Below are positions 21,801 through 44,153 of a stretch of DNA of 54,558 nt, piece by piece (positions within the stretch are counted from its first letter, which is position 1; each line of letters opens with the position of its first letter). A model generated the notes under the pieces. The model searched no databases. It saw only the letters and a program-made list of their open reading frames with translations, and was not told the origin of the DNA. The position numbers were made by a program, and so were the translations under genes. Source of the DNA: Macrostomum lignano (lineage: Eukaryota). The stretch spans positions 1-54,558 of the forward strand of contig NIVC01004214.1 in the NCBI GenBank assembly GCA_002269645.1. Reading direction: 5' to 3'.

Positions 21801-23995
21801 GCCTCAGGTTGGCAATCTCGGCCTGCTCTTCTTTCTGCTGTTCTTCATCTTTGCCGCTCTGGGCGTCGAGCTGTTCGGTCGATTGGGTGAGCTGCAGTTT
21901 TGGTGTGGGGAAATATTTTTATGATTTTGATGAACTAACAAAGTCTGCAGTTGCATAAGCCAGTGCTTGGAGATACTTGAAGACGCTTCTTATTTAGACA
22001 ATCCCCGAATGTTTGAAGCCTGGGGGGTTGTAGCCTAATGGTTAGAGCGTCGGACTTATGACTGAAAGGTCGGGAGTTCGATTCTCAAACCACTCGGAAC
22101 AATTTGTGTCCAGGGACTACTCAATACCTAGTACGGGAAACGACAAAGGTTACTTAGAAGCGAATTTAGCTCCCGTGAGTTTTACTGTGATGAAACCTAG
22201 ATATTACTGAAGCATTGTTTCAGTTCACCCAGCTGTAAAATGGGTGCCAGCATTAGCTGGGGTGATTGAGGGTGTGTGTGGCGACCCTGTCTTTGGACTG
22301 AACAGCCGTACGCAGCCTCCAGATGCGTCGCGCAATAGCTGCGGCTGAGCTGTCGGGTGCAAATTTGCCCAATAGGGCATGTGTTATTCAATTATATTAT
22401 TATTAATGTATACCGGCATATTTGAAACACGTTAGATACTTTAACTATACATGTATTGAGCCTGAATCGTTAGTCTGGTAAAATAGATCTTAAAATAAAG
22501 TGCACAATTTGCCACTCGACAATGCCAAAGTCAGGGCCGTTGTTAGGAGCAGCAGTACATTCGTTGAAAAGTCGAATTGCTTCAATCAATTCAGAATGCT
22601 CCTTGGACAACCCGTGCGTCGGACTGAGTCGACACGCTCACTTCGAGAACTTTGGCATGGCATTTTTGACTCTGTTTCGTATTGCTACAGGCGACAATTG
22701 GAACGGCATTATGAAGGATACCCTCCGAGAAAAATGCGATTGGAGCGATGATTGCATAAAAAATTGTTGCGTATCGCCAATTATTGCGCCAATTTACTTT
22801 GTGGTCTTTGTTCTCATGGCCCAGTTTGTTCTCGTTAACGTTGTGGTCGCTGTTTTAATGAAGCACCTTGAGGTTTGTCTGACAGTTGCTTCTTATTATG
22901 ACATAAGCCCATTGCTATGTTATGGCCACCAACAACTTTCCCTGCTACATATTCTATGGCCCCCAGTAACGCCTCCCCGGACTGAATATTCTATGGCTCA
23001 ACTCCTCAATGATTATTCTATGGCCCAACTCCTCACTGGTTATTCTATGGCTCAACTTCTCAATCATTATTCTATGGCTCAACTCCTCACTGGTTATTCT
23101 ATGGCCCAACTCCTCACTGGTTATTCTATGGCTCAACTTCTCAATCATTATTCTATGGCTCAAATTATCAATAATTATTCTATGGCCCAACTTCTCACTG
23201 ATTTCTGTGGCTTCAATTGATTCTTTTGTGGCTTCGGACTATCCACTATGGTTATTTATGAGATGACCGTTTCCAAAAATTCCAGGAATCGCACAAAATG
23301 ATGTCCGACGATGAAGAACTAGAAAAGGAGATCCGACACGAGCTACAGGAAGAGAATAGAGAAAATCAACGACAGATGGAGAGACAAGAATGCGAAAGAA
23401 AAGAGGTAACTAATTTACAATAAAAAATAGACTTGTGAAACTGTAGTCTTTGGTGCCTAATTGTCTTAGTGTCTGTTTGTCTTGGTGTCTGTTGTGTCTG
23501 TTTGTTTTGGTGTCTGTTTGCTTAGATATTAGAATTCGTGGAAGTTTCACAGTTAGGTTTAAATTGTATACCCCGTTAAAAAGTCTTGAAAACTTAGTAA
23601 ATAAGCCAGTATCTAAGCAACATACTGCACTATCTGCCTCATCAAACCAGTCGCAGGAATCCTTGTCAGCCTACGCATTTGACGAGCAGCAACAGCAGAA
23701 GCAGAAACCGCAGTTGCAGACTTTTCTAGTGGAGCACGAAAGCAACCAAGTCACTAGTCCAATAATCCAAAGCTGCCGAATCTCGTGCTCTGACCGACTG
23801 ATCGAGCGACGTCTCTCGTCGATTTACGATCGACAAAACTCGTTGTCGGCCGACTCATCATCGGCCGACAAGAAGCGCCGTCGCTACTCGGAAATTCGTC
23901 TTGGAGCGTTTGAAGTGGCGCCAGATACAAATGATGATAAGTTGAGTCTTAGCCACTTGAGGGCACTCGATACTAGGCCTGTGACAGACCTTTGA
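740..23995 (+). CDS. Cav3: Cav3 T-type voltage-gated calcium channel alpha1 subunit, 5'-partial multi-exon gene (domain I pore through C-terminus)
   Basis: Exons joined by hand give Cav3 hallmarks: pore motifs SLESW / TQEDW / SKDGW / TGDNW (EEDD filter), S4 segments [45 protein letters not shown], gating-brake helix and PRASPE motif. Confidence 0.97.
1445..2040. repeat. 12-bp GTGYCTGTCTTA array grading into (TGTC/TGCC)n
   Basis: Visible directly in the sequence. Confidence 0.95.
2083..2268 (+). CDS. Cav3: Cav3 exon: DI S6 and gating-brake start, [25 protein letters not shown]...[14 protein letters not shown]
   Basis: tttttttag acceptor, gttcgc donor, 186 nt; near-invariant Cav3 IS6 sequence. 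Confidence 0.95.
2352..2893 (+). CDS. Cav3: Cav3 I-II linker exon (exon 8/8b-like) with two apparent -1 frameshifts
   Basis: tttag acceptor gives [15 protein letters not shown]; PPRASPE (2555-2575) lies in another frame; the gtgag donor at 2894 needs a third frame to join the next exon. Confidence 0.7.
2929..3320. repeat. 28-bp minisatellite cctcagttgctgggccagcctcccagat
   Basis: About 14 copies. Confidence 0.95.
3895..3981 (+). CDS. Cav3: Cav3 I-II linker exon, [29 protein letters not shown]
   Basis: cacttgcag acceptor, gtgagc donor, 87 nt, phase 1-1 fits both neighbours. Confidence 0.75.
4110..4515. repeat. 20-bp minisatellite caactgaccactccaagaca with a degenerate 5' flank
   Basis: Visible directly in the sequence. 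Confidence 0.95.
4664..4785 (+). CDS. Cav3: Cav3 exon: DII S1, [40 protein letters not shown]
   Basis: ccttttccag / gtaag boundaries; Cav3 IIS1 homology. Confidence 0.95.
4862..5013 (+). CDS. Cav3: Cav3 exon: DII S2-S3
   Basis: [15 protein letters not shown]...[11 protein letters not shown]; attcag / gtgagt. Confidence 0.95.
5399..5584 (+). CDS. Cav3: Cav3 exon: DII S4-S5
   Basis: [41 protein letters not shown]; tttcgcag / gtaagt. Confidence 0.97.
6910..7027 (+). CDS. Cav3: Cav3 mutually exclusive exon 12a (short tri-cysteine DII turret), [39 protein letters not shown]
   Basis: tttcag acceptor, gtattc donor, 118 nt, same phases (2-0) as 7943-8096; not in the ORF track. Confidence 0.93.
7943..8096 (+). 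CDS. Cav3: Cav3 mutually exclusive exon 12b (long penta-cysteine DII turret), [51 protein letters not shown]
   Basis: catctcag acceptor, gtagaa donor, 154 nt; C...CxC...CxC pattern. Confidence 0.93.
8758..8995. repeat. About 80-bp unit x3, two CCAAT boxes per unit
   Basis: cctagggggcaggcccaatcggtctcagccaatgagagagcag... Confidence 0.9.
9810..11408. repeat. 23-bp minisatellite g(gg/at)tggatattcagtgtctatat
   Basis: About 69 copies. Confidence 0.97.
11467..11622 (+). CDS. Cav3: Cav3 exon: DII pore and S6, [15 protein letters not shown]...[14 protein letters not shown]
   Basis: ttggcag / gtgaga, 156 nt. Confidence 0.97.
12041..12408 (+). mobile_element. SINE-like family B, longest copy
   Basis: B-box-like ggctcgattcc, shared body, A-rich tail; homologous copies at 14520, 38750 and 41236. 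Confidence 0.7.
12607..12645 (+). CDS. Cav3: Candidate 39-nt II-III linker micro-exon, [13 protein letters not shown]
   Basis: ctttctctcaacag acceptor, AAG/gtaatg donor, phase 0-0, no stop; no homology support. Confidence 0.55.
12790..12856 (+). pseudogene. tRNA-like remnant or SINE head
   Basis: A box TAGTCCAGCGG and B box GGGTTCGAATCCC, but acceptor and anticodon stems do not pair. Confidence 0.5.
13345..13489 (+). CDS. Cav3: Cav3 II-III linker exon, [13 protein letters not shown]...RRLPSRLF
   Basis: gcgcag / gtgaga; GC-rich coding-like island; phase 0-1 fits. Confidence 0.75.
13620..14050. repeat. Degenerate 11-bp AAAACCTACYC array
   Basis: Visible directly in the sequence. Confidence 0.9.
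14128..14444 (+). CDS. Cav3: Cav3 II-III linker exon with [12 protein letters not shown] motif and poly-Q runs
   Basis: taatcag / gtgagt; [11 protein letters not shown] is conserved in Cav3 II-III linkers. Confidence 0.85.
14520..14646 (+). mobile_element. SINE-like family B, 3'-truncated
   Basis: Near-identical to 12075-12190. Confidence 0.7.
14826..14902 (+). CDS. Cav3: Cav3 II-III linker exon, [25 protein letters not shown]
   Basis: acagCAG tandem acceptor, AG/gtaaga donor, phase 0-2. Confidence 0.7.
15205..15445. repeat. 18-bp minisatellite cacccacctcactccccg
   Basis: Visible directly in the sequence. Confidence 0.95.
15693..15803 (+). CDS. Cav3: Candidate Cav3 II-III linker exon, [17 protein letters not shown]...RKQSAL (internal alternative acceptor at 15786)
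   Basis: tttttgtcccag / gtattc, 111 nt, phase 2-2, open frame. Confidence 0.6.
16035..16320. repeat. About 40-bp degenerate repeat with a gacacccacctcactc core
   Basis: Visible directly in the sequence. Confidence 0.85.
16498..16762 (+). CDS. Cav3: Cav3 II-III linker exon, [13 protein letters not shown]...KRDDAFW
   Basis: Acceptor at 16497 (or 16503), gtgagt donor, phase 2-0 fits. Confidence 0.75.
16800..17200. repeat. 35-bp minisatellite tgtacatctacttggctgattttcctaccctcaaa
   Basis: Visible directly in the sequence. Confidence 0.95.
17318..17409 (+). CDS. Cav3: Cav3 exon before DIII S1, [30 protein letters not shown]
   Basis: tttcag / gtgaga; conserved GCFKER..YSLY motif. Confidence 0.93.
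17489..17612 (+). CDS. Cav3: Cav3 exon: DIII S1
   Basis: [27 protein letters not shown]; tttcag / gtaagc. Confidence 0.96.
17700..17900. repeat. About 30-bp degenerate repeat ttttccttcccctagtgtacatctaggctg
   Basis: Visible directly in the sequence. Confidence 0.8.
18103..18475 (+). CDS. Cav3: Cav3 exon: DIII S2-S5
   Basis: SGWNIMDG...[45 protein letters not shown]; tttag / gtaagt. Confidence 0.97.
18575..19000. repeat. 34-bp minisatellite aaaccaagaaccattgagctgaagacacgaagtt
   Basis: Visible directly in the sequence. Confidence 0.95.
19072..19491 (+). CDS. Cav3: Cav3 exon: DIII turret, pore (SSKDGW), S6 and III-IV linker start
   Basis: ttcgcag / gtgagt, 420 nt. Confidence 0.97.
19550..19850. 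repeat. GTGTCTTAGGA-type short repeat
   Basis: Visible directly in the sequence. Confidence 0.9.
20158..20309 (+). CDS. Cav3: Cav3 exon: III-IV linker end and DIV S1
   Basis: [11 protein letters not shown]...[28 protein letters not shown]; accgcag / gtcggt. Confidence 0.95.
20391..20500 (+). CDS. Cav3: Cav3 exon: DIV S2
   Basis: [20 protein letters not shown]...KRYFMD; ctttag / gtaagg. Confidence 0.95.
21488..21618 (+). CDS. Cav3: Cav3 exon: DIV S3-S4
   Basis: WNQLDVIIV...[18 protein letters not shown]; ctacag / gtaatg. Confidence 0.97.
21737..21886 (+). CDS. Cav3: Cav3 exon: DIV S4-S5
   Basis: [49 protein letters not shown]; ccgcag / gtgagc. Confidence 0.97.
22022..22405 (+). mobile_element. 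tRNA-derived CORE-type SINE (family A), copy with a replaced core segment
   Basis: A box TAGCCTAATGG, B box GGAGTTCGATTC, CORE-like ttcacccagctgtaaaatggg, AT-rich tail; homologous to the three other copies. Confidence 0.8.
22595..22872 (+). CDS. Cav3: Cav3 exon: DIV pore (ATGDNW), four-cysteine P-S6 loop, S6
   Basis: [17 protein letters not shown]...[15 protein letters not shown]...VAVLMKHLE; attcag / gtttgt. Confidence 0.97.
22950..23200. repeat. 27-bp minisatellite tattctatggctcaactcctca...
   Basis: Visible directly in the sequence. Confidence 0.9.
23286..23405 (+). CDS. Cav3: Cav3 proximal C-terminal exon, [20 protein letters not shown]...
   Basis: ttccag / gtaact, 120 nt; resembles vertebrate EESNKEA.EDAE.DAEIELE. 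Confidence 0.9.
23657..23995 (+). CDS. Cav3: Probable terminal Cav3 exon ending ...DTRPVTDL* (acceptor uncertain: 23606, 23618, 23651 or 23657)
   Basis: Only long open frame after the last clear exon; several phase-0 AGs fit. Confidence 0.55.
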   Translation, partial: ESLSAYAFDEQQQQKQKPQLQTFLVEHESNQVTSPIIQSCRISCSDRLIERRLSSIYDRQNSLSADSSSADKKRRRYSEIRLGAFEVAPDTNDDKLSLSHLRALDTRPVTDL

Positions 23996-25424
23996 CAACT
24001 TCCGAAATCCTAAAAGCGATGATCATTTTGCAACATGTACACCTGAATACGTTACTTGCCTTCCGTGGTACATAAAATCTAACAGATTACTGAAATAGAA
24101 GGACGCTGAAGGACAATATTCATCCGGTGACGATGTACATAGTTGAAACATGCACTCAGCAACACGTTAAAGTGGCTCAGATCCCAGCCCGAAGTGACGT
24201 AATTCACAGCTCTCTGTGGGTGATGCAAACTTGCGTCACAATGCCCCAGCTTAAACTGGTTGTGGAGAGAGTGGAAGAGTTATGGCTTGAGTTAAATTAT
24301 AGCTGCCACCTTGTTAACCGCAGCATGCTTTCGGGGTGGAAATTTGAACATGTTGCAGAGTTAACAGACTTGATCAATTGTAAAATATGTGTAGCTATAT
24401 ACCGCTATGTGTCTGAATGATGGTCTGTCTATATATAGTCTGTTTGTCTTGGCGTCTGTTTGTCTCAGTGTCTGTTTGTCTTGGTGTCTGTCTTTGTGTA
24501 TGTTTGTCTTGGTGTCTGTTTGTCTTGGTGTCTGTTTGTCATGGCGTCTGTCTTTCTGCACTTAGAAATAGAATACCTTGTCACACTAGCTCACTAGAAC
24601 GCTCACTCACTAGGGATAGAGCCATCAGGCATCTTATGGATAAACTTGTGATAATAACTCGAGTCAAAAACTTGAACATGTTGCTGGGTGAAATAAATAA
24701 TTCGAATTTTAGTGAAAATAACTTGTTTCAATTGTAAAATATGGTTAGCTATCTACCCGAATAAAAATATCATTTTACAGAAATGCAGGCAGTTGGCAGA
24801 AATAAACCGTAAAATCAACTCCTTCTATTTTACGAGTATATCAGTAGTCTGCTAATACTATGTCGGTGATATAAGAAAGCAGATTATCTTACTTATAGTA
24901 GGCCCCAACGCGCTCAACGTTTTTTTGTCTTTAGCTTCGCGATGATGCCGTCTGCATTTTCTAACGAATCGACATGTTTTGATGTTGATGAACTGATCAT
25001 GACTTTGTAACCACCTTCCTTCTTCTCCTCATTATATGTCCTTTGTCTCCGTCTTTCTGACCCCCCCCCTGCAGGAGACGCGGGAAGATGGCCATTTTCT
25101 GACACTAATTATGTTAGTCGTAATATTTTTATGATTATTTTCTTCGTGGAAATCTTCACGAACAAATTAAGTCTGCTCCCGGATAAGTTAAAACAAAATT
25201 GAAATTCATTTTCTGTAATAATATAATTGCACAGCTTATGAATCAAAGTATAATTGACAGGCTGTCTGTTTGCATTCGTATATTTATCCAGATCATTCAT
25301 AACTACTATGATTACACTGCACTGGTACCATTGCGGGAAAATTTTATGTTTAAGTGGAGGCATAAAAACTAGCGATATATATTCCGGTAAAACTTATTTA
25401 CAAGTAGTAATTAAATAATAGTCT

Positions 25425-25704
25425 TGATTGATTACACCTGCCTTAATGGGCCAGATGTGCAACCGACAGCTCAGCTGCAGCTATTGCGCGGCGCATCTGA
25501 AGGCTGCGTACGGCTGGGGGTCGCCACACACACCCTCAGCTACCCCAGCTAATGCTGGTCACCCATTTTACTGCTGGGTGAACTGAAGCAATGCAAAGTT
25601 AAGTGTCTTGCTCAAGGACAAAAATGGTTCCGAGTGGGTCGAGAATCGAACCTCCGACCTTCAAGTTGTGAGACCGACGCTCTGACCACTAGGCTACAAC
25701 CCCC
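25425..25704 (-). mobile_element. SINE family A copy
   Basis: Reverse complement of the same head, core and tail. Confidence 0.8.
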
Positions 25705-25794
25705 TAGCCTATTGCTATATATGCTATCAAGTAGTGTAAAAAATTAACTTTATAGTCGATTTTCACCCCCTAGTCGAACGATCTTGTTACACAG

Positions 25795-25912
25795 AGATTT
25801 CCTTAGTTACACCGAGTGTTCCTTAGTTACACCGAGAGTTCCTTAGTTACGCCGAGAGTTCCTTAGTTACGCCGAGAGTTCCTTAGTTACGCCGAGAGTT
25901 CCTTAGTTACAC
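25795..25912. repeat. 20-bp minisatellite ccttagttacRccgagagtt x6
   Basis: Visible directly in the sequence. Confidence 0.95.
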
Positions 25913-26033
25913 AAATATACCGATTAGCGTGCATGCATCGCAGCTCACTTTTTGATTATTAAAAAACTAAAGCATAAAACTTTTGTTTTCGCTAAAGCCT
26001 TCGTCAAAACCATGCAACAAAAGCAGTTTTTAA

Positions 26034-39231
<13,198 letters not shown>

Positions 39232-39814
39232 GCGCACTTTTATTCAGGCTTTTTGAGCAGCAGACAATATCAGATCTGATGTACTATCGTTGACAGAGAC
39301 AGCTTTGATGAGCAACTTCTATGCTGCACTTGCCAGAGAATGCCACGAGCTCTCCGTCTCTGTCTGTATCTCCACAAAAACGTGGTCATTGGTTGTCTCC
39401 ACTTGCCGCTCTAAGCCTCTAGGATTAGCCAATGAAATTGCGGTCTCTTCTACCTCGAATGAAAACTGGTAAAAGACTTGAAAGTTAGGCTTCTAGCCAA
39501 CTTTACGAAATAATATAAGTCAAATAGAGTCTTTGCAAAAGTCTGGAATGAAGCTGGGTATATTTTTCGGAAGTCTGGTAATATAGTTTCATTGGATTTG
39601 ACTGCGGTGGGACCAGCAGGACCTGTTTCAGATCAGGAGATAGAATTCTGTAGCCTAGCATGGAATTTATGTTAATTATTCTGTCAATATGCTAGCACAC
39701 TGAGGCTTGCCTTCAGGGGTCAGAATATATGCGAGCTTTCTTCGGGATGGAAGTACTGTATGAATTTTTTAAGGAATTTTTCTTTACGAATTCTAGGAAA
39801 TTCTGGTTTAACAG

Positions 39815-39918
39815 CGACTTATCACTCCAATTCAATGGTGACTTACTAGTCCAGTTCAATGGTGACTTGTCACTCCCGTTCAACAGTGACTTATAACTCC
39901 AGTTCAATGGTGACTTAT
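39815..39918. repeat. About 24-bp repeat x4 (ctccagttcaatggtgactt)
   Basis: Visible directly in the sequence. Confidence 0.8.
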
Positions 39919-40643
39919 CACATATTCAGCTCTTTCCATAGTAGGAAACCATAGAATGCATTCTGAATGACACTTGTCAACAAAAAAGTTACATATATAT
40001 ACCACTCTTTCCACGTAAGATCCGAGTAGGCAAGCAGCGAATTTTAGTGCTATAATATTATTTAAACTAAGGAAAACTTTCTTTTAATAAGAAGTAACTA
40101 AAAGCTAGAAATATTAGTGATATATTGCTATTTATTACACATGACAAACAAAAGCAAAGAATAGCTATAGATATAGCGATAGGTGCAGCAGAAGAGTTAA
40201 ATTCCACTCACAGGCAGTAGCCAGGGCGAAATGCATGTTGATTTCATCTGGCGAGAAATCTATGACCTTCACGTCATGTTATAAACAATGGGCAAGAGTT
40301 TTCCGGTCCAGATGATAGCTAGAGAAGTCCATGCTGCATGCTGCAAGACCACTTCCCTCTCACTCTTCTCACGGCAAAGCGGATGGATGGCCAACGTCTA
40401 TGGCCAAAAGATTGCCTATACTCCAGCAACCTCTCAGTCTGCCGCATATAGAGCCACTTGACCAAAGAGCTGAGGCTAACTTGACCATAGACAATAGTGA
40501 GCCGTAGAAAATCGTCAGCAATTCGCTACTGCCAAGATGATTGAAATGAACATCGTTTATAATTATATATAATAGATTGTATTGCTTTTGTACTTGTAGT
40601 TAGAGTTTATTGCTAGATCACAAACGCTTTTTTTACAAAAGAC

Positions 40644-43600
40644 ATGATCAAACAAGCGCGATCCCTGGCTGACCTCACTGACACGGAGTTCAGCGGTAAA
40701 GTTGTCCTCATCACCGGAGCCAGCGGTGGCATCGGTGAGGCGGCCGCCCTCGAATTCGCCCGTCGTCAGGCCAAGGTGATCATGCTGGTCCGATCGCTGG
40801 AGCGCGGCAAGTTGGCCCGCGATCGAATCTGGGAGAAGCATCCGGCCGCCGATTTGCACTTGGTGTGCGCTGACATATCGCTTGTGAGATCCGTTGCAGC
40901 CTTCTGTCGAGGCTTCTCCGAGCCCCACATCGACATCCTGGTGAACAATGCCGGCATATTCGGGGCCCCCTTTGAGCTGACGAAAGAGGGCGTGGAGTCC
41001 ACGCTGGCTGTCAATCATTTGGGCCATTTTGTGCTCACCTGCATGCTTCTATCCAAGGGTCAACTCAGCCAGGGTGCCAAGGTCATTCTGGTGACAGGTG
41101 AGTAACGGGGAGAACAAAACCGTTGAAAAGCCATTGCATTAAGTTTCATTGAACCGTTTTACCGAAAACAATATTGCATTACATCTTAATTTATTTTACA
41201 CTACTAATGATGTTATTTGACACTTGCGTGAGCAAACATTTGCCGGGGGTTTTCGTGCAACTCACACCCTCGAAGAGCCAATCCCAAAGGCACAGAGAAT
41301 GTACAGTACATGCCTGAAGATTAGTAAGTCAGGGACGCTGCACACCCTGTGCGAGCGTGTGTATGAGTTGAGCTGGGGGGTTGTAGCCTAGTAGTTAAAG
41401 CTCGGACTCACTACTTGAAGGTCGGGGGTTCGATTCCCGATTCCACTGAAACAATTTGTGTCCTTGAGCAAGACACTTAACTCTACATTGCTTCAATTCA
41501 CCCAGCTGTAAAATGGGTGCCAGCATTAGCTGGGGTAATTGAGGCTGTGCGTGGCGACCCCCCAGTCCTTGAACTGAACAGCCGTACGCAGCCTTCAGAT
41601 GCGCCGCGCAAATAGCTGCGGCTGAGCTGTCGGTTGCACTTCTGCATGGCCCAACTGGGGCAGGTGTAAGCAATTATTAAATTAAGATTATAATTATAAG
41701 TTGAGCGGAACAAGGTGTTGTCGCATCACGAGCTCTGATCCAGCGCTCTATTTGTTACAAGTCTGTCTTTTGTATTGCGTTATATTTACGCAAGTTGTGT
41801 GCCGTGCACTCTCGGCTCTTGCAGCCGTTGCTCTTTTCAGAGTCTTCTTGAACACTTATGTATTTCTATTTTTTTGTCACAAAGGCTCTTTGACACTTGC
41901 GCCAACTAATCGCAGTACAGGCAAATAAACTTGTCTATGGCAATTACAAATTAAAGTTCAATCTGCTCGGGCAGAAGCCAGCCCGCAGCACTATTGAAGT
42001 TCTGTGACGCATTGTGCAAACCCAAATTCACCAAAGGCGCCGTCTACAAACGCGGCAACTTTGAAGTGTCCGAATGGAATAGCTGGACAGAGGAGTCGTA
42101 CAAGAAGATGAAGGCCTACAGCAACAGCAAGCTGGCGGTCTGTCTGTTTGCCCTGTGGCTGCGCAGCGCACTGAGGCGGCTGTCTAGCGCCACGGCCATG
42201 GTGTACGCTGTGCACCCCGGTGTGGTTTGCACCGACATCGGCCGGCACGTTGTTCGAGGCTGCATTGCCCCGTGTCGGCCTTGTCTCAGGTGCTGCATGC
42301 GTTGCATGATGCTGTCGCCGCGACAAGGTAGATTGTGTCACAATAACTGCGTACCTTGTGCTCGTCAACATAATTAGTTTTACTGTAGAATATGGTGAAT
42401 TGAACAAATGTATGAACTTCAGAATGTAGATTTCGGATTAGGATGGAGAATCTGGTCCAGGATGGGAAATTATCTGGTTCAGGATGGGGAATCATCTGGT
42501 TCAGGATGGGGAATCATCTTGTTGAGGATGGGGAATCATTTGGTTCAGGATGGGGAATCATCTTGTTCATGATGGGGAATCATCTAGTTTAGGATGGGGA
42601 ATCATCTAGTTTAGGATGGGGAATCATCTAGTTTAGGATGGGGAATCATCTTGTTCATGATGGGGAATCATCTAGTTTAGGATGGGGAATCATCTAGTTT
42701 AGGATGGGGAATCATCTAGATCAGGATGGGGAATCATCTAGTTTAGGATGGGGAATCATTTGGTTCATGATGGGGAATCACCGGACTTCTTCAAGTTTAT
42801 GTTGATAAAATAGTTGCAATTTTGATAAGATCATAATTTTGTCTCTGTAAGGGTTTTTGATGGTGCTGATTTCAAATTTGAGCTCCATTTTTTGGTAGCT
42901 TTAACCCAATTATATGTAGCTTAAAACCAACCACCGGGGCATAGGCAATAGGGGGTTTTAGGGTGGGGAGATTCTTCATGGGGATTGATTTTATCAACAT
43001 AAACTTGAATAGAGGCATGGAGACCTATTCAAGATTCTGTTAATAAATTCCAATCCTAATAGGGGGGGGGGGGTTGTCTGAATCAGACGACACAAGAAAA
43101 GAGTCAACATATTTCAGATTCAGAAGTTGGTTAAATTCTATAACTTTATCTATATGAATTTGCTTACCGAAATCAGGTGCTGTTATTGCCATAATACAAT
43201 ATAATTAGTAGTATAGCCTTGTACAGTAATTGGTTGAGAGGTGCGAAGTGCTTTGAAGTTGCAAACGTTGCTTTGGCTGGGTGCAGTGAAAGTGCAAGTG
43301 CACAGATCAAGCGGGTCGTGACATGGCAATTTAAAAAAAAGCAAACAGTGTCTATGCATTATAACTAAATTGAAAAACTATTGTCATCGAACGTAAAAGA
43401 CAATTGCATATTAATTTTTAGATATTAATATTTATCTTTAATTGGCCTAATGAAGTTCTAGCACATGTGCTATTATATTAAAAGTCTAGTGGATACACTT
43501 TCAAAAATGTATTCGGAGAAACTTTTGCTACCGAACCTCATTAAGAGAATAGGGAAACGAGTAAATCGTGATTGCATCAACCGTACAGGTAACTTTCTAC

Positions 43601-44153
43601 AGTTTTTTTGCATTTTTGAAATTTTTGGTGCCCCATAAGTGTCCACTGCAAGTTTCAGAAAAATCGGAAAATCAGAAGTATTTTATCAACATAAACTTGA
43701 AGAAGTCCGAATCACCTTGTTAAGGATGGGGAATCATCTTGTTGAGGATGGGGAATCACCTTGTTGAGGATGGGGAATCATCTAGTTCAGGATGGGGAAT
43801 ATTCTGGTTCAGAATGGGAAATAATATGGTTCAGGATGGGGAATCATCTTGTTGAGGATGGGGAATTGTCTGTTCCCATTTCTTCAATTCACCCAGGCTG
43901 CAAAGGCATTTTGCTCCGGGCCGCAGACATGGAAACGGACAGCGGCAAGAGTGGAAGATATTTCAACAAATGCTGCAGCGAGCCCTGGCACAAACCCGTG
44001 CTGAACTCTGACCTGGTGACGCGCTGCTGGGATTTCTCCTTCGAACTGGTGAAGCAGGCGCTCGGTGACAGCGACGATGACGTGCTGAACAGACTGAAGA
44101 AGCTCCGCGAGCTGCCGCAGGACACGCTGGCTGACTTGGAAGAGCAGCATTGA
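40644..44153 (+). CDS. Short-chain dehydrogenase/reductase, RDH11-14/DHRS13/WWOX-like; exons 40644-41097, 42037-42327, 43897-44153; 333 aa
   Basis: TGASGGIG Rossmann motif, DILVNNAG, NHLGHF, AYSNSK (YxxxK), AVHPGVVCT, SGRYF..C; phases 1/1; 1002 nt in total. Confidence 0.92.
41236..41365 (+). mobile_element. Diverged family B fragment, directly followed by the family A SINE
   Basis: cgtgcaac...gagccaatcccaaaggcacag...gtacatgcct...gggacgctgcacac aligns to 12140-12260. Confidence 0.55.
41375..41698 (+). mobile_element. SINE family A full-length copy with 8-bp TSD AGTTGAGC
   Basis: TSD at 41366-41373 and 41699-41706; intact A/B boxes and CORE-like gtgtccttgagcaagacacttaac. Confidence 0.85.
42425..43865. 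repeat. 22-bp minisatellite aggatggggaatcatctRgttY, split by the MITE at 42783-43708
   Basis: Same unit on both sides of the insertion. Confidence 0.92.
42783..43708. mobile_element. Non-autonomous DNA transposon (MITE), Merlin-like
   Basis: Perfect 30-bp TIR GGACTTCTTCAAGTTTATGTTGATAAAATA (42783-42812 / 43679-43708), 8-bp TSD GAATCACC, GG termini, no ORF. Confidence 0.88.

Noticed and set aside
22022-22095. Functional tRNA genes at the SINE heads (also 41375, 25704, 12790)
   Set aside because: A and B boxes are present, but acceptor and anticodon stems do not fold, and SINE bodies follow.
41989-42036. Upstream SDR exon 2 acceptor at 41988
   Set aside because: It is in phase, but adds 16 residues that break the otherwise gap-free SDR alignment; 42036 is preferred.
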